A stretch of 64,000 bases of DNA from the NCBI GenBank assembly GCA_024679065.1, contig JAGIQG010000001.1, positions 112,344,001 to 112,408,000 on the forward strand, in the 5' to 3' direction. The notes beneath the pieces are model-generated. The model was given only the letters and a program-made list of their open reading frames with translations, was not told where the DNA came from and did not search any database. Source of the DNA: Sphyrna mokarran (taxonomy: Eukaryota). Position numbers and translations under genes: made by a program. This document shows, one piece after another, positions 63,961 through 64,000 of this stretch (within the stretch, counting starts at the first letter, position 1; the number at the start of each line of letters is the position of its first letter).

Positions 63961-64000
63961 GTTCCCTCTTCCAAATCACCAATATGTAATGTGAACAAAT

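Noticed and set aside
36997-64000. Nested neuropeptide-type gene in FRAS1 introns
   Set aside because: Looked by eye for RFamide-type (PQRFG) coding motifs and found none; the search was not exhaustive

Overview
This is AT-rich vertebrate genomic DNA, very likely from a cartilaginous fish (shark), inferred from HE1-type V-SINEs, Deu-domain SINEs, CR1 LINEs and Penelope and Harbinger relics. It is not prokaryotic and contains no CRISPR array or rRNA. The right half carries the last 10 coding exons of FRAS1 on the minus strand (63161 to 36418). These splice into one open frame of 669 codons plus stop, ending in a transmembrane helix and the PDZ ligand DGTEV. The frame requires one GC-AG intron and includes a 93-nt, stop-free, in-frame intron. 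Further along the minus strand is a probable 5' end of ANXA3, which the ORF track does not show: a TATA/Inr promoter with PU.1/RUNX-type motifs near 9.2 kb and a 54-nt exon encoding MSSAW at 1230-1283. The rest is mostly nested, decayed transposons, including several two-ORF Harbinger elements, a complete MITE of one of those families, and Penelope pieces with decayed hammerhead ribozymes. There are also four local 90-250 bp duplications, three inverted and one direct. I found no convincing new multi-gene system. Family assignments come from motif recognition, not database searches.
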